Source: a virus (taxonomy: Duplodnaviria > Caudoviricetes). Taken from it: DNA of 55,293 nucleotides. Made by a program: the position numbers and the translations under genes. The DNA is taken from positions 1-55,293 of IMG/VR virus record IMGVR_UViG_3300012940_000003; one strand, given 5' to 3'. Of the stretch, positions 36,307-46,415 are shown one piece after another (positions within the stretch are counted from its first letter, which is position 1; each line of letters begins with the position of its first letter). A model generated the notes under the pieces. That model saw only the letters and a program-made list of their open reading frames with translations, had not been told where the DNA came from and ran no database searches.

Positions 36307-37407
36307 ATGGCGATCAGCCGCGCGGCGTACTGCACCCGTGAGGACGTCCAGCGCGCCCTCGACTATCAGGAGACGGCCCGCTCCGACCGGCGCGTCGACC
36401 GAGCCATCGAGGCCGCAGCCGACGCGATCGACGGCCTGTGCCACCGGCGCTTTGACGTGGCCGACGACACCCGGTCGTGGGACTGGCCGAACGGCCAGTA
36501 CGCGGTGCCGTGGCGCCTCTGGCTGGACTCCGACGAGATCATCTCCGTCACCTCGCTGGTCGCCGGCGGGGTGACCGTCGCGCCGGGCGACTACCTGCTC
36601 CGCAGGAGCGACGGGCGGGACGCGGCGCCGTACGACCACATCGAGATCAACCTCGCCGGGCCCGCCTCGTTCGCGGCCGGCGACACCTTCCAGCAGGCCA
36701 TCGTCGTCACCGGCACCTGGGGGTACCGGGCCACCACCAGCGCGGTGGGCACCCTCGTCGCCGCGGTGTCGTCCGCCTCGGCCACCACGGTGGACGTCTC
36801 CTCCGGCGCGGACGTCGGCGTCGGCGACACGCTCCTGGTCGACGCCGAGCGGATGCTCGTCACCGGGCGCCGCCAGCTCGACACCGGCCAGACCATCACC
36901 GCCGACCTCGGCGCCACCAACGCGGCCGTCTCCGTGACCGTCTCCGACGGGTCGGCGTTCACCGAAGACGAGGTCATCCTCGTCGACTCCGAGCGGATGC
37001 TCGTCGTCGACATCGCCGGCAACACCCTCACCGTGAAGCGCGCGTGGGACGGCAGCGTGCTCGCCGCCCACACCACCAGCACCGCCGTGTGGGCGGCACG
37101 GCGGCTGAAGGTCACCCGCGGGGCGCTCGGCACCACGCCGGCCACCCACAGCCAGGCGGCGGCGGTCGCCCGGTATGCCCCGCCGGGCTTGGTCCGGGAC
37201 CTCGCCGTCGCGGAAGCCGTCGTCCAGCTGCTCGGCGAGCAGGCCGGCTACGCCAGCAAGGGCGGCGTCTCCGACAACGCCAGGAGCAACACGGTGACCA
37301 CCTCGAACATCCGGTCGTACAAGGATGAGCGCGGTGTGGGCCTCAGCTCCAAGCGGAACCAGGTGTACGAGCGGTTCGGCCGCAAGGCCAGGGTCCGGGC
37401 GGTGTAG
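36307..37407 (+). CDS. Head-to-tail adaptor with inserted beta-domains
   Basis: YCTREDV...AIEAA..AIDGLCHRRF and VTGTWGY motifs. Confidence 0.8.
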   Translation: MAISRAAYCTREDVQRALDYQETARSDRRVDRAIEAAADAIDGLCHRRFDVADDTRSWDWPNGQYAVPWRLWLDSDEIISVTSLVAGGVTVAPGDYLLRRSDGRDAAPYDHIEINLAGPASFAAGDTFQQAIVVTGTWGYRATTSAVGTLVAAVSSASATTVDVSSGADVGVGDTLLVDAERMLVTGRRQLDTGQTITADLGATNAAVSVTVSDGSAFTEDEVILVDSERMLVVDIAGNTLTVKRAWDGSVLAAHTTSTAVWAARRLKVTRGALGTTPATHSQAAAVARYAPPGLVRDLAVAEAVVQLLGEQAGYASKGGVSDNARSNTVTTSNIRSYKDERGVGLSSKRNQVYERFGRKARVRAV

Positions 37408-37409
37408 CG

Positions 37410-37793
37410 ATGACCGTGAGCGTGCGCGCGTACGGGCCCGTGTTCGACGGCCAGGCCGACCGCCTCATCCACGACGCCACCGAGAAGATGCGAGACGACG
37501 TCGCCGACGCCGCCTCCGCCGAGTGGCACCGCTACATGAACCTGTCCTTCAAGCACCCGACGCCGTACTACTGGACGCAGGTCACCACTGAACGCCAAGG
37601 CGCCAGCACCGTCGTCCACGACCGCGGCATCATCTACGGCTTCTGGCTGGAGGGCATCGGCTCCCGCAACGCCCCGGTCACCCGATTCCGCGGCTACCAC
37701 TCCCGGGACCGGGCCGTCACCTCCATCGAGCCCCGGGTCAAGGCGATCTGCGAGCGGACGCTCCGCCCCTACCTGGAGAGGATCAACGGCTGA
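37410..37793 (+). CDS. Neck protein (HK97 gp10-like)
   Basis: YGFWLEG.G...TRFRGYH; position. Confidence 0.65.
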   Translation: MTVSVRAYGPVFDGQADRLIHDATEKMRDDVADAASAEWHRYMNLSFKHPTPYYWTQVTTERQGASTVVHDRGIIYGFWLEGIGSRNAPVTRFRGYHSRDRAVTSIEPRVKAICERTLRPYLERING

Positions 37794-38245
37794 TGTTCGA
37801 CGCCGGCGCGGTCCTCATGAAGATCGCCGATCATGCGCGCCAGCTCGGCGTGTTCGAGAACGTCCACACCCACGAACCGCGCGCGGCGCCCGGCAGCGGG
37901 CTCACCCTCGCCCTGTGGACGAATGGCGTCGTCGCCATTCGCGCGTCCGGCCTGACGGCCGTGTCGGTCGCGCTTCCGTTCAACGGCCGGATCTACCTGC
38001 CCGGCAACACCGAACCGCAGGACGACCTCGATCCCAAGCTGCTCTCCGCGACCTCGGCGTTCTTCGAGTCCCTGGCGGGCGCGTTCGAGCTGGACGGCGA
38101 AGCCCGCATGATCGACGTCCTCGGCTCCCAGGGACAGCCGTTCACCGGCCAGGCCGGCTATCTGACCATGGACGCCCACGAGTACCGGGTGATGTCGCTG
38201 GCGCTCTCGGTGATCTGCAACGACGCATGGGAGGAGGCGCCGTAG
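37793..38245 (+). CDS. Tail terminator/completion protein
   Basis: Size and position before the tube genes. Confidence 0.65.
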   Translation: MFDAGAVLMKIADHARQLGVFENVHTHEPRAAPGSGLTLALWTNGVVAIRASGLTAVSVALPFNGRIYLPGNTEPQDDLDPKLLSATSAFFESLAGAFELDGEARMIDVLGSQGQPFTGQAGYLTMDAHEYRVMSLALSVICNDAWEEAP

Positions 38246-38962
38246 ATGGCGAAGACCAGCGGGCTCGGCGATAACGCCTACGTGGACGGGTTCGACCTGT
38301 CCGGCGACATCCAGGGCCTGGACAGCATTCACGGCGGCCCGGCCGCGCTCGACTTCACGACGATCGACCGGTCCGCGATGGAACGGCAGGGCGGCATCCG
38401 GGACGGCGGCATCAGCTTCACCTCGTTCTTCAACGCGGACCGGGCTCACCCGGTCCTCGACGACCTGCCGACGATCGACCGACTCGTGACGTACCTGCGT
38501 GGTACGGCGGCCGGCTCGCCAGCGGCCTGCTGCATCGGGAAGCAGATCGGCTACGACCCCACGCGGGCGGACGACGGCGCGCTGACGCTGAAGACGGAAG
38601 CGCAGGCCAACCAGTTCGGCCTGGAGTGGGGCGTCCAGATCGACGGCGGTAAGCGTACGGACACGGCGGCCACCGACGGTGATGGTCTCGACCAGGCGGC
38701 GCAGACGACCTTCGGCGCGCAGGCGTACCTGCACGTCTTCTCCTTCACCGGCACCTCGTGCACGGTCAGCATCGAGGACTCGGCGGACGACTCGACGTAC
38801 GCCGCGCTGATCGACTTCACCGCCGCCACCGGCCCCACCAGCGAGCGCAAGGCGGTGACCGGCACGGTCGACCGGTACGTCCGCGTCTCCACCAGCGGGA
38901 CGTTCACGGAGTGCACGTTCGCCGTGGTGTTCGTCCGCAACCAGGTGGCGGTGAAGTTCTGA
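38246..38962 (+). CDS. Tail tube-like protein 1 with a C-terminal beta domain
   Basis: MAKTSGLG...DLSGDI...AMER..G..DG. Confidence 0.65.
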   Translation: MAKTSGLGDNAYVDGFDLSGDIQGLDSIHGGPAALDFTTIDRSAMERQGGIRDGGISFTSFFNADRAHPVLDDLPTIDRLVTYLRGTAAGSPAACCIGKQIGYDPTRADDGALTLKTEAQANQFGLEWGVQIDGGKRTDTAATDGDGLDQAAQTTFGAQAYLHVFSFTGTSCTVSIEDSADDSTYAALIDFTAATGPTSERKAVTGTVDRYVRVSTSGTFTECTFAVVFVRNQVAVKF

Positions 38963-39402
38963 TGCAGCGGCTCACGAGGATCGAACCGGCCGGCCCGGCA
39001 TCGGCGTACCAGACGTTCGCCGTCCGCCGCCGCCCGGACACGACGGTCAAGGCCGCGTGCCGGGACGTGGGCTGCCTGGCGTGGCGGCACGGCTGGGAAT
39101 CGAAGGTCGACGAGACCACCCAGCTCGGCCAGGCGCAGGCCGCCTACATCCGGCAGCAGTCGGGGCGCACATTCACCGAGCAGCGGGACGGCGCCGGCCT
39201 GACGGTGTTCCGGTTCGAGCCGGGCCAGCGCTGTTTCGCCGACCACCAGACCATCCCCGAGACCTGGATCGTCCGGTCCGGGGACTGGCGTACGCCGTTC
39301 GGCGAGCGACGCCTGATCCGCCACCACACCAACGGCGCCGACTGGGCCGAGGACTTCGGCGAGCACACCGAACGGCTCGCCGACCAGAAACGGAAGGGAT
39401 AG
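38962..39402 (+). CDS. Hypothetical tail-region protein
   Basis: TGATG-coupled; C...GC..W..GW motif. Confidence 0.7.
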   Translation: MQRLTRIEPAGPASAYQTFAVRRRPDTTVKAACRDVGCLAWRHGWESKVDETTQLGQAQAAYIRQQSGRTFTEQRDGAGLTVFRFEPGQRCFADHQTIPETWIVRSGDWRTPFGERRLIRHHTNGADWAEDFGEHTERLADQKRKG

Positions 39403-39406
39403 GGCC

Positions 39407-39826
39407 ATGGCCAAGACGAGCGGCCTCGGGTCCGCGGTGACCCTCGACGACTCCAGCGGCACGCCGCAGACCATCAGCAACGACATCACCAACTGGGAGT
39501 GCAGCACCCCGAGGGCCGTGCAGGAGGTGACCGGCCTGGACAAGTACGCGATGGAGCGGCTCCTGCTCCTGGCCGACTTCAGCGTGACGTTGAACGGGAT
39601 CTTCAACGCCGCCGCGGGCAAGAGCCACGCAGTGCTGTCCGACGTCACCAGCACCGGGGTGCTGCGCACGCTGAAGCTGCAGCCCACCGCGAACGCGAAC
39701 CCGTTCTTGTCCGTCGAGACGTTGTTCACCGACTACCAGGTCACCCGCGCCGACTCCGGAGAGCTGACCTGGCAGAGCCCGGGCGTGCTCGCCGACGGCA
39801 CGGTGCCGGCCTGGACCAACAGCTAA
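39407..39826 (+). CDS. Major tail (tube) protein 2
   Basis: MAKTSGLG...ISNDI...AMERL...; directly upstream of the chaperone and TMP. Confidence 0.7.
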   Translation: MAKTSGLGSAVTLDDSSGTPQTISNDITNWECSTPRAVQEVTGLDKYAMERLLLLADFSVTLNGIFNAAAGKSHAVLSDVTSTGVLRTLKLQPTANANPFLSVETLFTDYQVTRADSGELTWQSPGVLADGTVPAWTNS

Positions 39827-39857
39827 CTATTTCTACGGGGACAAAGGTCATAACGTT

Positions 39858-40295
39858 ATGGGCTTTCGACGCAACAAGACGTACGCCTTGCGCTGGGCCG
39901 ACGGCACCGAGTTCGCCGGCCTGGAGGTCGAGGCGCGGCCGTTGCCGATCGGCGCCATGGACAAGTTCGGGCCGCTCATCGCGCTGAAGGACCGCGGCGA
40001 CGACTTCGGCCCCGAGGACATGGACGCCATCACCGGCATGTTCCAGGACTTCGCGGCCGACGCCCTCGTGTCCTGGAACTTCGAGGACGACGAGGGCGAC
40101 GTCCCGCCCACCCCCGAGGGCATGCGCCGGGTCGACCTGGAGATGGGCCTCGCGATCATCACCGAATGGTTCACCGCGGTGACCGGGGTGTCCGAGAACT
40201 CCGACGGAGACCTGGGAAAAGGCTCCGAGCCTGGCGCGAGCTCGCCGGCGGTGTCCATTCCGATGGAACCCCTGTCCGAAAGCCCCCCGAGCTAG
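39858..40295 (+). CDS. Tail assembly chaperone (G)
   Basis: LVSWNFED..G..VP motif; upstream of the TMP. Confidence 0.8.
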   Translation: MGFRRNKTYALRWADGTEFAGLEVEARPLPIGAMDKFGPLIALKDRGDDFGPEDMDAITGMFQDFAADALVSWNFEDDEGDVPPTPEGMRRVDLEMGLAIITEWFTAVTGVSENSDGDLGKGSEPGASSPAVSIPMEPLSESPPS

Positions 40296-40441
40296 ACGAG
40301 GCCGACCTGGTCCTTGGCCTGTGCGACCGCTTCCACAAGCTCCCCAGCGAGATCTACGCCGAGGGCGCTGACCTGCTCCGACTGATCACGATCCAGAACC
40401 TCGGGACCCCCGAGCCGGAAGGTGGTGGTGACGATGGCTAA
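40214..40441 (+). CDS. -1 frameshift extension of the tail assembly chaperone (GT)
   Basis: G-GGA-AAA slippery site at 40214-40220; -1 frame is open to 40441 (LCDRFHKLPSEI). Confidence 0.8.
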   Translation, partial: GKRLRAWRELAGGVHSDGTPVRKPPELDEADLVLGLCDRFHKLPSEIYAEGADLLRLITIQNLGTPEPEGGGDDG

Positions 40442-42923
40442 CCGCATCGAGATCATCGTCTCCGCCAAGAAGGACACCGACGTCCGGAAGATCGGCGAGG
40501 AGATCAAGAAGGAGGTCACCGCCGGAGCGAGCGGCGCCGGCGACGCGATCGAGAAGGAGATCGGCGACGGCGCCCGGGACGCCGGGAAGCGCGCCGAGAC
40601 CGAGCTCGGTAACGCGGGCAGCCGGGCCGGGGGGAAGTTCTCCCGCAACTTCTCCGCCGGGACGCAGCTGCGTGACGCGCGCGGCCGATTCGCGCGAGCC
40701 GGGGCGGACATGGGCGGGGCGGCCGCGGCCGGCGCGGGCCGTGCCCTGACAGGCGGCCTCTCGCGCGCCGGTTCGCAGGCGGGCAGCGCGGCAGCGTCGG
40801 GGGTGCGGCGTTCGTTCATTGCCCGCGTCGGCGGGGTGCTCGGCTCGGTCGGGCGTCGGATCGGCCACACGTTCGGGATCCACTTCGGCAGCGCCGCCAG
40901 CGACGCCGGGCAGACCGCGGGCCGCGCCGCCACCAAGGGCTTCGCCAACGTCTTCGAGGGCGGCATCACCTCGCCGATGATCCTCATCCCGCTGATCGCA
41001 GCAGCTGCCGCCGCTGCGCCGCTGGCCGGCGCCGCGCTGGCGACCGGCGTGGTGCTGGCGTTCGGCGCGGGCCTGGGCGGGCTGGGCCTGATCGCCGCGT
41101 CCCGGCTCAAGCCGGTGAAGAAGGAGATTAAATCCTTCCACAAATTCACAGCCACCTGGCTAAAGGACATCGGTCGCCCGATGGAGGGCGCTTTTTCGTC
41201 GATGCTGTCAAATGCGCGACGCGTCCTAAATCAGTTCCGCCCCGCATTGAAGGGCGCTTTTAAGAATATCCTCGGGCCGGGACTTGAGCGATTTTTCACA
41301 AATCTTGGAACTGCATTCGCGAATTTGAAGCCAGCGATTAAGCCGATCGCGCAGGCTTTTACCGATTTGATGGATGCCCTAGGCCCGCAGCTGCCGGGGA
41401 TCTTCGAGCAGATCTCGAATGCGATCATATCCATTTCGGAGACTATTAGTGCGAATCCGGACTTGTTTGCCGGGATCATCACTGGGCTGCTGCAACTCAT
41501 CCCCCTTGCGCTGAATATCGCGGGAGCGCTGGCAAAAGCCTACGACTCGATATCCAAGTTCACCGGCACGAAGGACATGTGGCGGAACCTTTTCGACGTG
41601 CTCTCGCCGCTCGGTGCACTCCTCGATCACCTCGGCCTCGACAAGTGGGGGCCGAAAATCAAAGGATTCTTTTCGGATCTTTTCGGGGGCAGTAAGAGCA
41701 AAGGCAAGAACAAGATGTCGATGTCCCTCGACGTGAAGGACAACGCGTCGAAGGTATTCAACAAAGTGAAGGGAATAGCGTCCGGTTTCGCAAAGAAAAC
41801 GTGGCGCGCGGTCATCGGCGCGAAGAACACTGCGGGCCGGATCATCAACGCGGCGCGCCGTACGGCCGTGAATTTCGCCAAGGGCACCTACCGGGCCGCG
41901 ATGCGCGCGGTGAACCGGGCGGGCTCCGCGATCGCCGGCGCCCGGAAGCTGGCCCGGAATTTCGCCAGCGCCACGTACCGCGCGGTCATGAGGGCGGTGA
42001 ACCGGGCCGGTGGCGCAGTCGCCAGCGCGCGGGCCGCGGCGCTGCGGTTCGCCCGCGCCACGTACCGTGCCCTGTTGACCGCCAGGAATGCGGTGTGGTC
42101 CGCCGTGAACAGCGCGCTGGCGGCCGCGAGGAACTGGGCCGGGCGGGTCTTCACCGCCACCCTGCGGGTGGTCAAGAACTTCAGCCCATTCGCTCACGGC
42201 GGTGTGGTCGGGGCGAAGGCCACGGGCGGTGTCACCGCGGCCGCGACCGGCGGCGGGCGGGGCGGCACGGTGCTGGTCGGCGAGTCCGGCCCCGAGCTGC
42301 TCAACCTGCCCGGCGGGTCCCACGTCACCTCCAACCCGGACTCCAAACGCAAGCTCGCTGCCACGGGCAGCAGCAGCGCGCCGTCCAAGGGGGCGAGCAG
42401 CGGCGTGCTTCAGCGTTGGGCCGCGACCTTCGCCTCCGGCATCTCCCGGTCGAAGCTGGCGGATCGGATCGTGGACGGGCTCGGCGCCAAGCTGGACAAG
42501 CTCGGCCGGACGATCACCGGGGGCGTGTCGTCCTCGGTCCGGAAGTCCACCTCGGGCAGCGGCTCGGGACTCACCACCCTGGGCAACCCCTCGGGAAAGG
42601 CGAAGACCGGCGGCCTGACCACGCTCGGCAAGAGCGGCTCGGGACTCACCACCCTCGGCAACCCCTCGGGGAAGGCGAAGACCGGATCGTCCGGCGGGCT
42701 CGCGATCCTCGGGAAACATTCCGGTCTGACCAGCCTCGGCAACCCGTCGGGGAAGGCGAAGACCGGATCGTTGAGGACCGCCGCCACCGGTTCGTCGCCG
42801 ACCCACGTCACGGTGCAGATCGGGTCGTCCAAGCTGGCCGAGGTCGTGATCGACCCGATCCGTAAAGCGGTCCGCAGCAAGGGCGGCAACGTCCAGGCCG
42901 TCCTCGGCAGTGGGCGGGCCTGA
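40434..42923 (+). CDS. Tape measure protein
   Basis: 829 aa, Ala/Gly-rich, RDARGRF motif, hydrophobic and amphipathic repeats, FAHGG and VGESGPEL motifs. Confidence 0.88.
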   Translation: MANRIEIIVSAKKDTDVRKIGEEIKKEVTAGASGAGDAIEKEIGDGARDAGKRAETELGNAGSRAGGKFSRNFSAGTQLRDARGRFARAGADMGGAAAAGAGRALTGGLSRAGSQAGSAAASGVRRSFIARVGGVLGSVGRRIGHTFGIHFGSAASDAGQTAGRAATKGFANVFEGGITSPMILIPLIAAAAAAAPLAGAALATGVVLAFGAGLGGLGLIAASRLKPVKKEIKSFHKFTATWLKDIGRPMEGAFSSMLSNARRVLNQFRPALKGAFKNILGPGLERFFTNLGTAFANLKPAIKPIAQAFTDLMDALGPQLPGIFEQISNAIISISETISANPDLFAGIITGLLQLIPLALNIAGALAKAYDSISKFTGTKDMWRNLFDVLSPLGALLDHLGLDKWGPKIKGFFSDLFGGSKSKGKNKMSMSLDVKDNASKVFNKVKGIASGFAKKTWRAVIGAKNTAGRIINAARRTAVNFAKGTYRAAMRAVNRAGSAIAGARKLARNFASATYRAVMRAVNRAGGAVASARAAALRFARATYRALLTARNAVWSAVNSALAAARNWAGRVFTATLRVVKNFSPFAHGGVVGAKATGGVTAAATGGGRGGTVLVGESGPELLNLPGGSHVTSNPDSKRKLAATGSSSAPSKGASSGVLQRWAATFASGISRSKLADRIVDGLGAKLDKLGRTITGGVSSSVRKSTSGSGSGLTTLGNPSGKAKTGGLTTLGKSGSGLTTLGNPSGKAKTGSSGGLAILGKHSGLTSLGNPSGKAKTGSLRTAATGSSPTHVTVQIGSSKLAEVVIDPIRKAVRSKGGNVQAVLGSGRA

Positions 42924-45900
42924 TGGCGATCCAGCTGGTCGGCATCCGGTCGTCGGCATCCTCGGCGGCCGGCGCGACGTCGCGCACCGTGCCCATGCCG
43001 GACGGCTCGGACCCGGGCGACTTCGATGGGTTCGAGAGCGGGGACGTCGCGGTCCTGTTCGCCGAGGTCACCTCGTCCACGACGGCCAGCTGGTCGGCGA
43101 CGGGCTGGGACCCACCCGCCGCGTTCGATGCGGGTGCGGCCGCGCAGATCGCGGTGTCCGCCAAGGTCCTCAACTCCGGCGACACCAGCGTGACGGTGTC
43201 GCCGGGTATCGCTTCAGCGCAGGTGAACGGCCTGTCCGCCGTCGTACGCGTGTACCGCGGTGTCGACCCCGGCGAACCCCTGGACGTCGCGGCGTTCGCC
43301 GACGGCTCCGGCACGGCCACAGCGAGTGTCGCGGCCGCGTCGCTCACCACCGCCACGGACGGCGCGGTGGTGGTGGCGGCGTACGGGCAGACCACCCCGG
43401 GCGGCACCAGCTACACGAACTGGACGGCCCCGGCGGGGATGGGCAACGCCGGGAACGTGTGCAGCACGGTGGCCGCGGTGAACAACGCCGCCATCGCATC
43501 GTTCGACATGACGAAGGCGACGGCCGGTGCGACCGGCACGCTGACCGCCACGTCGCCGCAGTCCCGCGCATGGGTGTACGCCACCCTCGCGCTGAAACCG
43601 GCGCCGCCGGTGACGCCGCCCACCTTCCCGAACGCGCCGCTCGCGACCACCGTCGAGCTGCAGGTGGCCGGGGCTTGGACCGACATCACCGAGTACGTGT
43701 ACGCGCGGGACGTCGTGGAGATCCACCGCGGCCAGTCCGACGAGGCCAGCACCGCCGACCCCTCCACGCTGAACCTGACCTTGAACAACCGGGACCTGCG
43801 CTTCTCGCCGCGCGCAGCCCTGTCCCCCTGGTACGGGAAGATCGGCCGCAACAGCCCCATCCGCGTGAGCGTGGACCGGCCGGCCGCGCCGGCGACGTGG
43901 CTGGACTACACCGGCGCCCCGGACGGCACCGGCGTCAAGGCGTACGACGTGCCGGGCCTGGACATCACCGGGGACATCGACGTGCGTGTCGACGTGGCTC
44001 CCCGGTCCGGAGTGTGGCAGCAGCGGGTCGGGCTGATCAGCAAGTACACGACGGCCAGCGATCAGCGGTCGTGGCTGCTGTACCTCGACGTCACCGGCAG
44101 GCTGGGGTTCGGCTGGTCAGTGGACGGCACCAGCGGCACGTCGCACTTCATCACCAGCACGGCGGCGATCGACACCACCGCCAGCCGCTTGGCGATCAGG
44201 GCGACGCTGGACGTGAACAACGGGGCCAGCGGCTGCACCGTCACCTTCTACACCGCGCCGACGATCGACGGCCCGTGGACGCAGCTCGGCTCGGCCGTGG
44301 TCACGGCGGGCACCACCAGCATCTACGACTCGACCGCAGCCATCACCCTCGCCCGCGCCGACGGCTCCGGGCTGCGCGAGTTCAACGGCGCCTACTACGC
44401 GGTGCAGGTGCTGAACGGGATCGGCGGCACCGCGAAGGCCGACTTGGACTTCCGTACGGTCGCCGAGGGGGCCACCGGCACCAACGCCTCGCCGCTCGTC
44501 GATGACGCCGGCCTGGGCTGGGTGATCGGCGCCGCGGCCGCGGTGGTCGCCCCGGCGGGCCTGCGCTTCTGCGGCGAGGTGTCGGAGTGGCCGGCGCGCG
44601 CGGACTCGACCGGCATCGACGTGTACACGCCGGTCACCGCGTCCGGGCTGCTGCGCCGGGCGCAGCAGGGCTCGGTGCCGGTGCAGTCGACGCTGACCCG
44701 CATCCTCTCCCGGAAAGCCACGGTGCGCGCGTACTGGCCGTGTGAGGAGGGCGAGGACGCCGAGCGGATCACGTCCGGCATCGGCGGCCCGCCCATGGTC
44801 ATCTCCCGCGCGCAGCCGGGGTTCGCCGGCTACTCGGGATTCCACTGCACCCTGCCGATCCCCACGCTGAACGACAGCATGTGGCTCGGCGCGGTCCCGC
44901 CGTACAGCGACACGGGCGAGATCCAGGTCCGCTTCCTGATGAACGTGCCCTCCGACACGCAGACGGGTGATGGGCAGTCCATCGTCGCGGTCTCGACCGG
45001 CGGGAGCGCGGCCCTGTGGCACCTGTCGTACCGCACGGCCGGGGCGGGGTCGCTGCGCCTGGAAGCATTCGCCTCCGGGTCCTCGACGCCGATCTACTCC
45101 TCCGGCGACATCAACTTCGCGGTCAAGGGCAAGGACCTCCGGGTCAGCATCCTGCTCACGCAGGTCGGCTCCAACGTGCAGGCCACGATCGCGACGTACG
45201 AGATCGGCGCCGCCACCGGCCTGTTCAACACGCAGACCGCCGCCGGCACCGATATCGGCCGCGCGACCAGCATCACCGTCAACAACGGCGGCGGCATCGA
45301 CGACATCAGCATCGGACAGATCGAGGTGGACGACCGAGTCGTCAGCATCTTCGACGACCTGGACCAGGTGAAGGCGTACGCCGGTGAGACGGCCGGGCGG
45401 CGGTTCCTGCGGCTCGCCGCAGAGAACGGCCTGTACGCCAGGGTGTACGGCGACCCAGACGACACCCCGGCGATGGGGCCGCAGGACCCCGACACCGTGA
45501 TCAACCTGCTGAACCAGTGCGTCGCCACCGACGACGGGATCCTGTTCGAGCCGCGTGACCTCGTGGCACTGGCGATCCGTACGCGCGCGTCCATGCAGAA
45601 CCGGGCCGCGACGGTCACCCTCGACTACACCACCGACCTGTTCGGCGAGCTGGAACCCGTCGACGACGACCGGTACACCGCGAACGACGTCACCGTGGCC
45701 AGGTCCGGCGGATCGAGCACGCACGTCACCGACACCACCTCGGCCCTGTCCACCGCGGCCCCTCCACGCGGGGTCGGCGCCTACGTCACCGAGCTCGAGC
45801 TGTCCCTGTACCGCGACCTCGACACCATCGGCCAAGCGAGCTGGCATCTGCACCGCGGCACCGTCGACGAACCCCGCTACCCGACGCTCGGGGTGGAAAT

Positions 45901-46399
45901 GGCCCGCGACGACATCGTCGCCGACGCCACCGTCCAGGCCGGCCTGGTCGCGGTGGACATCGGCGACCGGCTCACCGTGGCCAACCCGCCGGCGTGGCTG
46001 CCGCCCGGGTCGATCGAGCAGATCGTCGGCGGGCTCACCGAGACGCTCGCCGGCTTCACCCGCACCTTCCAGTTCGCGCTGTCCCCGTACTCGCCGCTGG
46101 TCGTCGCGACGTACGACTCCGACCGGTACGACACGGCCGGGTCGTCGCTGGCGTCCGCCGTGACCAGCTCGGCGACGTCCCTGTCCGTGGCGACCAGCGC
46201 GGGCCCGGTGTGGACCACAGCGGCCGGCGACCTGCCCCTGGACATCGTCGTGGGCGGCGAGCGGATGACCGTCACCGCGATCTCCGGGGCGTCGAGCCCG
46301 CAGACCTTCACCGTCACCCGCAGCGTCGCCGGCGTGGTGAAGAGCCATGGCGCCGGTGAGGACGTGCGCCTGTACCAGCCCGCGATCCGGGCCCTGTAG
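42923..46399 (+). CDS. Large minor tail/baseplate protein with lectin-like (LamG-like) regions
   Basis: WTDIT...I.RG.SDE, L.LNNRD.RFSP and AYWPCEEG motifs; position after the TMP. Confidence 0.85.
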   Translation: MAIQLVGIRSSASSAAGATSRTVPMPDGSDPGDFDGFESGDVAVLFAEVTSSTTASWSATGWDPPAAFDAGAAAQIAVSAKVLNSGDTSVTVSPGIASAQVNGLSAVVRVYRGVDPGEPLDVAAFADGSGTATASVAAASLTTATDGAVVVAAYGQTTPGGTSYTNWTAPAGMGNAGNVCSTVAAVNNAAIASFDMTKATAGATGTLTATSPQSRAWVYATLALKPAPPVTPPTFPNAPLATTVELQVAGAWTDITEYVYARDVVEIHRGQSDEASTADPSTLNLTLNNRDLRFSPRAALSPWYGKIGRNSPIRVSVDRPAAPATWLDYTGAPDGTGVKAYDVPGLDITGDIDVRVDVAPRSGVWQQRVGLISKYTTASDQRSWLLYLDVTGRLGFGWSVDGTSGTSHFITSTAAIDTTASRLAIRATLDVNNGASGCTVTFYTAPTIDGPWTQLGSAVVTAGTTSIYDSTAAITLARADGSGLREFNGAYYAVQVLNGIGGTAKADLDFRTVAEGATGTNASPLVDDAGLGWVIGAAAAVVAPAGLRFCGEVSEWPARADSTGIDVYTPVTASGLLRRAQQGSVPVQSTLTRILSRKATVRAYWPCEEGEDAERITSGIGGPPMVISRAQPGFAGYSGFHCTLPIPTLNDSMWLGAVPPYSDTGEIQVRFLMNVPSDTQTGDGQSIVAVSTGGSAALWHLSYRTAGAGSLRLEAFASGSSTPIYSSGDINFAVKGKDLRVSILLTQVGSNVQATIATYEIGAATGLFNTQTAAGTDIGRATSITVNNGGGIDDISIGQIEVDDRVVSIFDDLDQVKAYAGETAGRRFLRLAAENGLYARVYGDPDDTPAMGPQDPDTVINLLNQCVATDDGILFEPRDLVALAIRTRASMQNRAATVTLDYTTDLFGELEPVDDDRYTANDVTVARSGGSSTHVTDTTSALSTAAPPRGVGAYVTELELSLYRDLDTIGQASWHLHRGTVDEPRYPTLGVEMARDDIVADATVQAGLVAVDIGDRLTVANPPAWLPPGSIEQIVGGLTETLAGFTRTFQFALSPYSPLVVATYDSDRYDTAGSSLASAVTSSATSLSVATSAGPVWTTAAGDLPLDIVVGGERMTVTAISGASSPQTFTVTRSVAGVVKSHGAGEDVRLYQPAIRAL

Positions 46400-46415
46400 A
46401 GGAGAGGGGGAGCTG

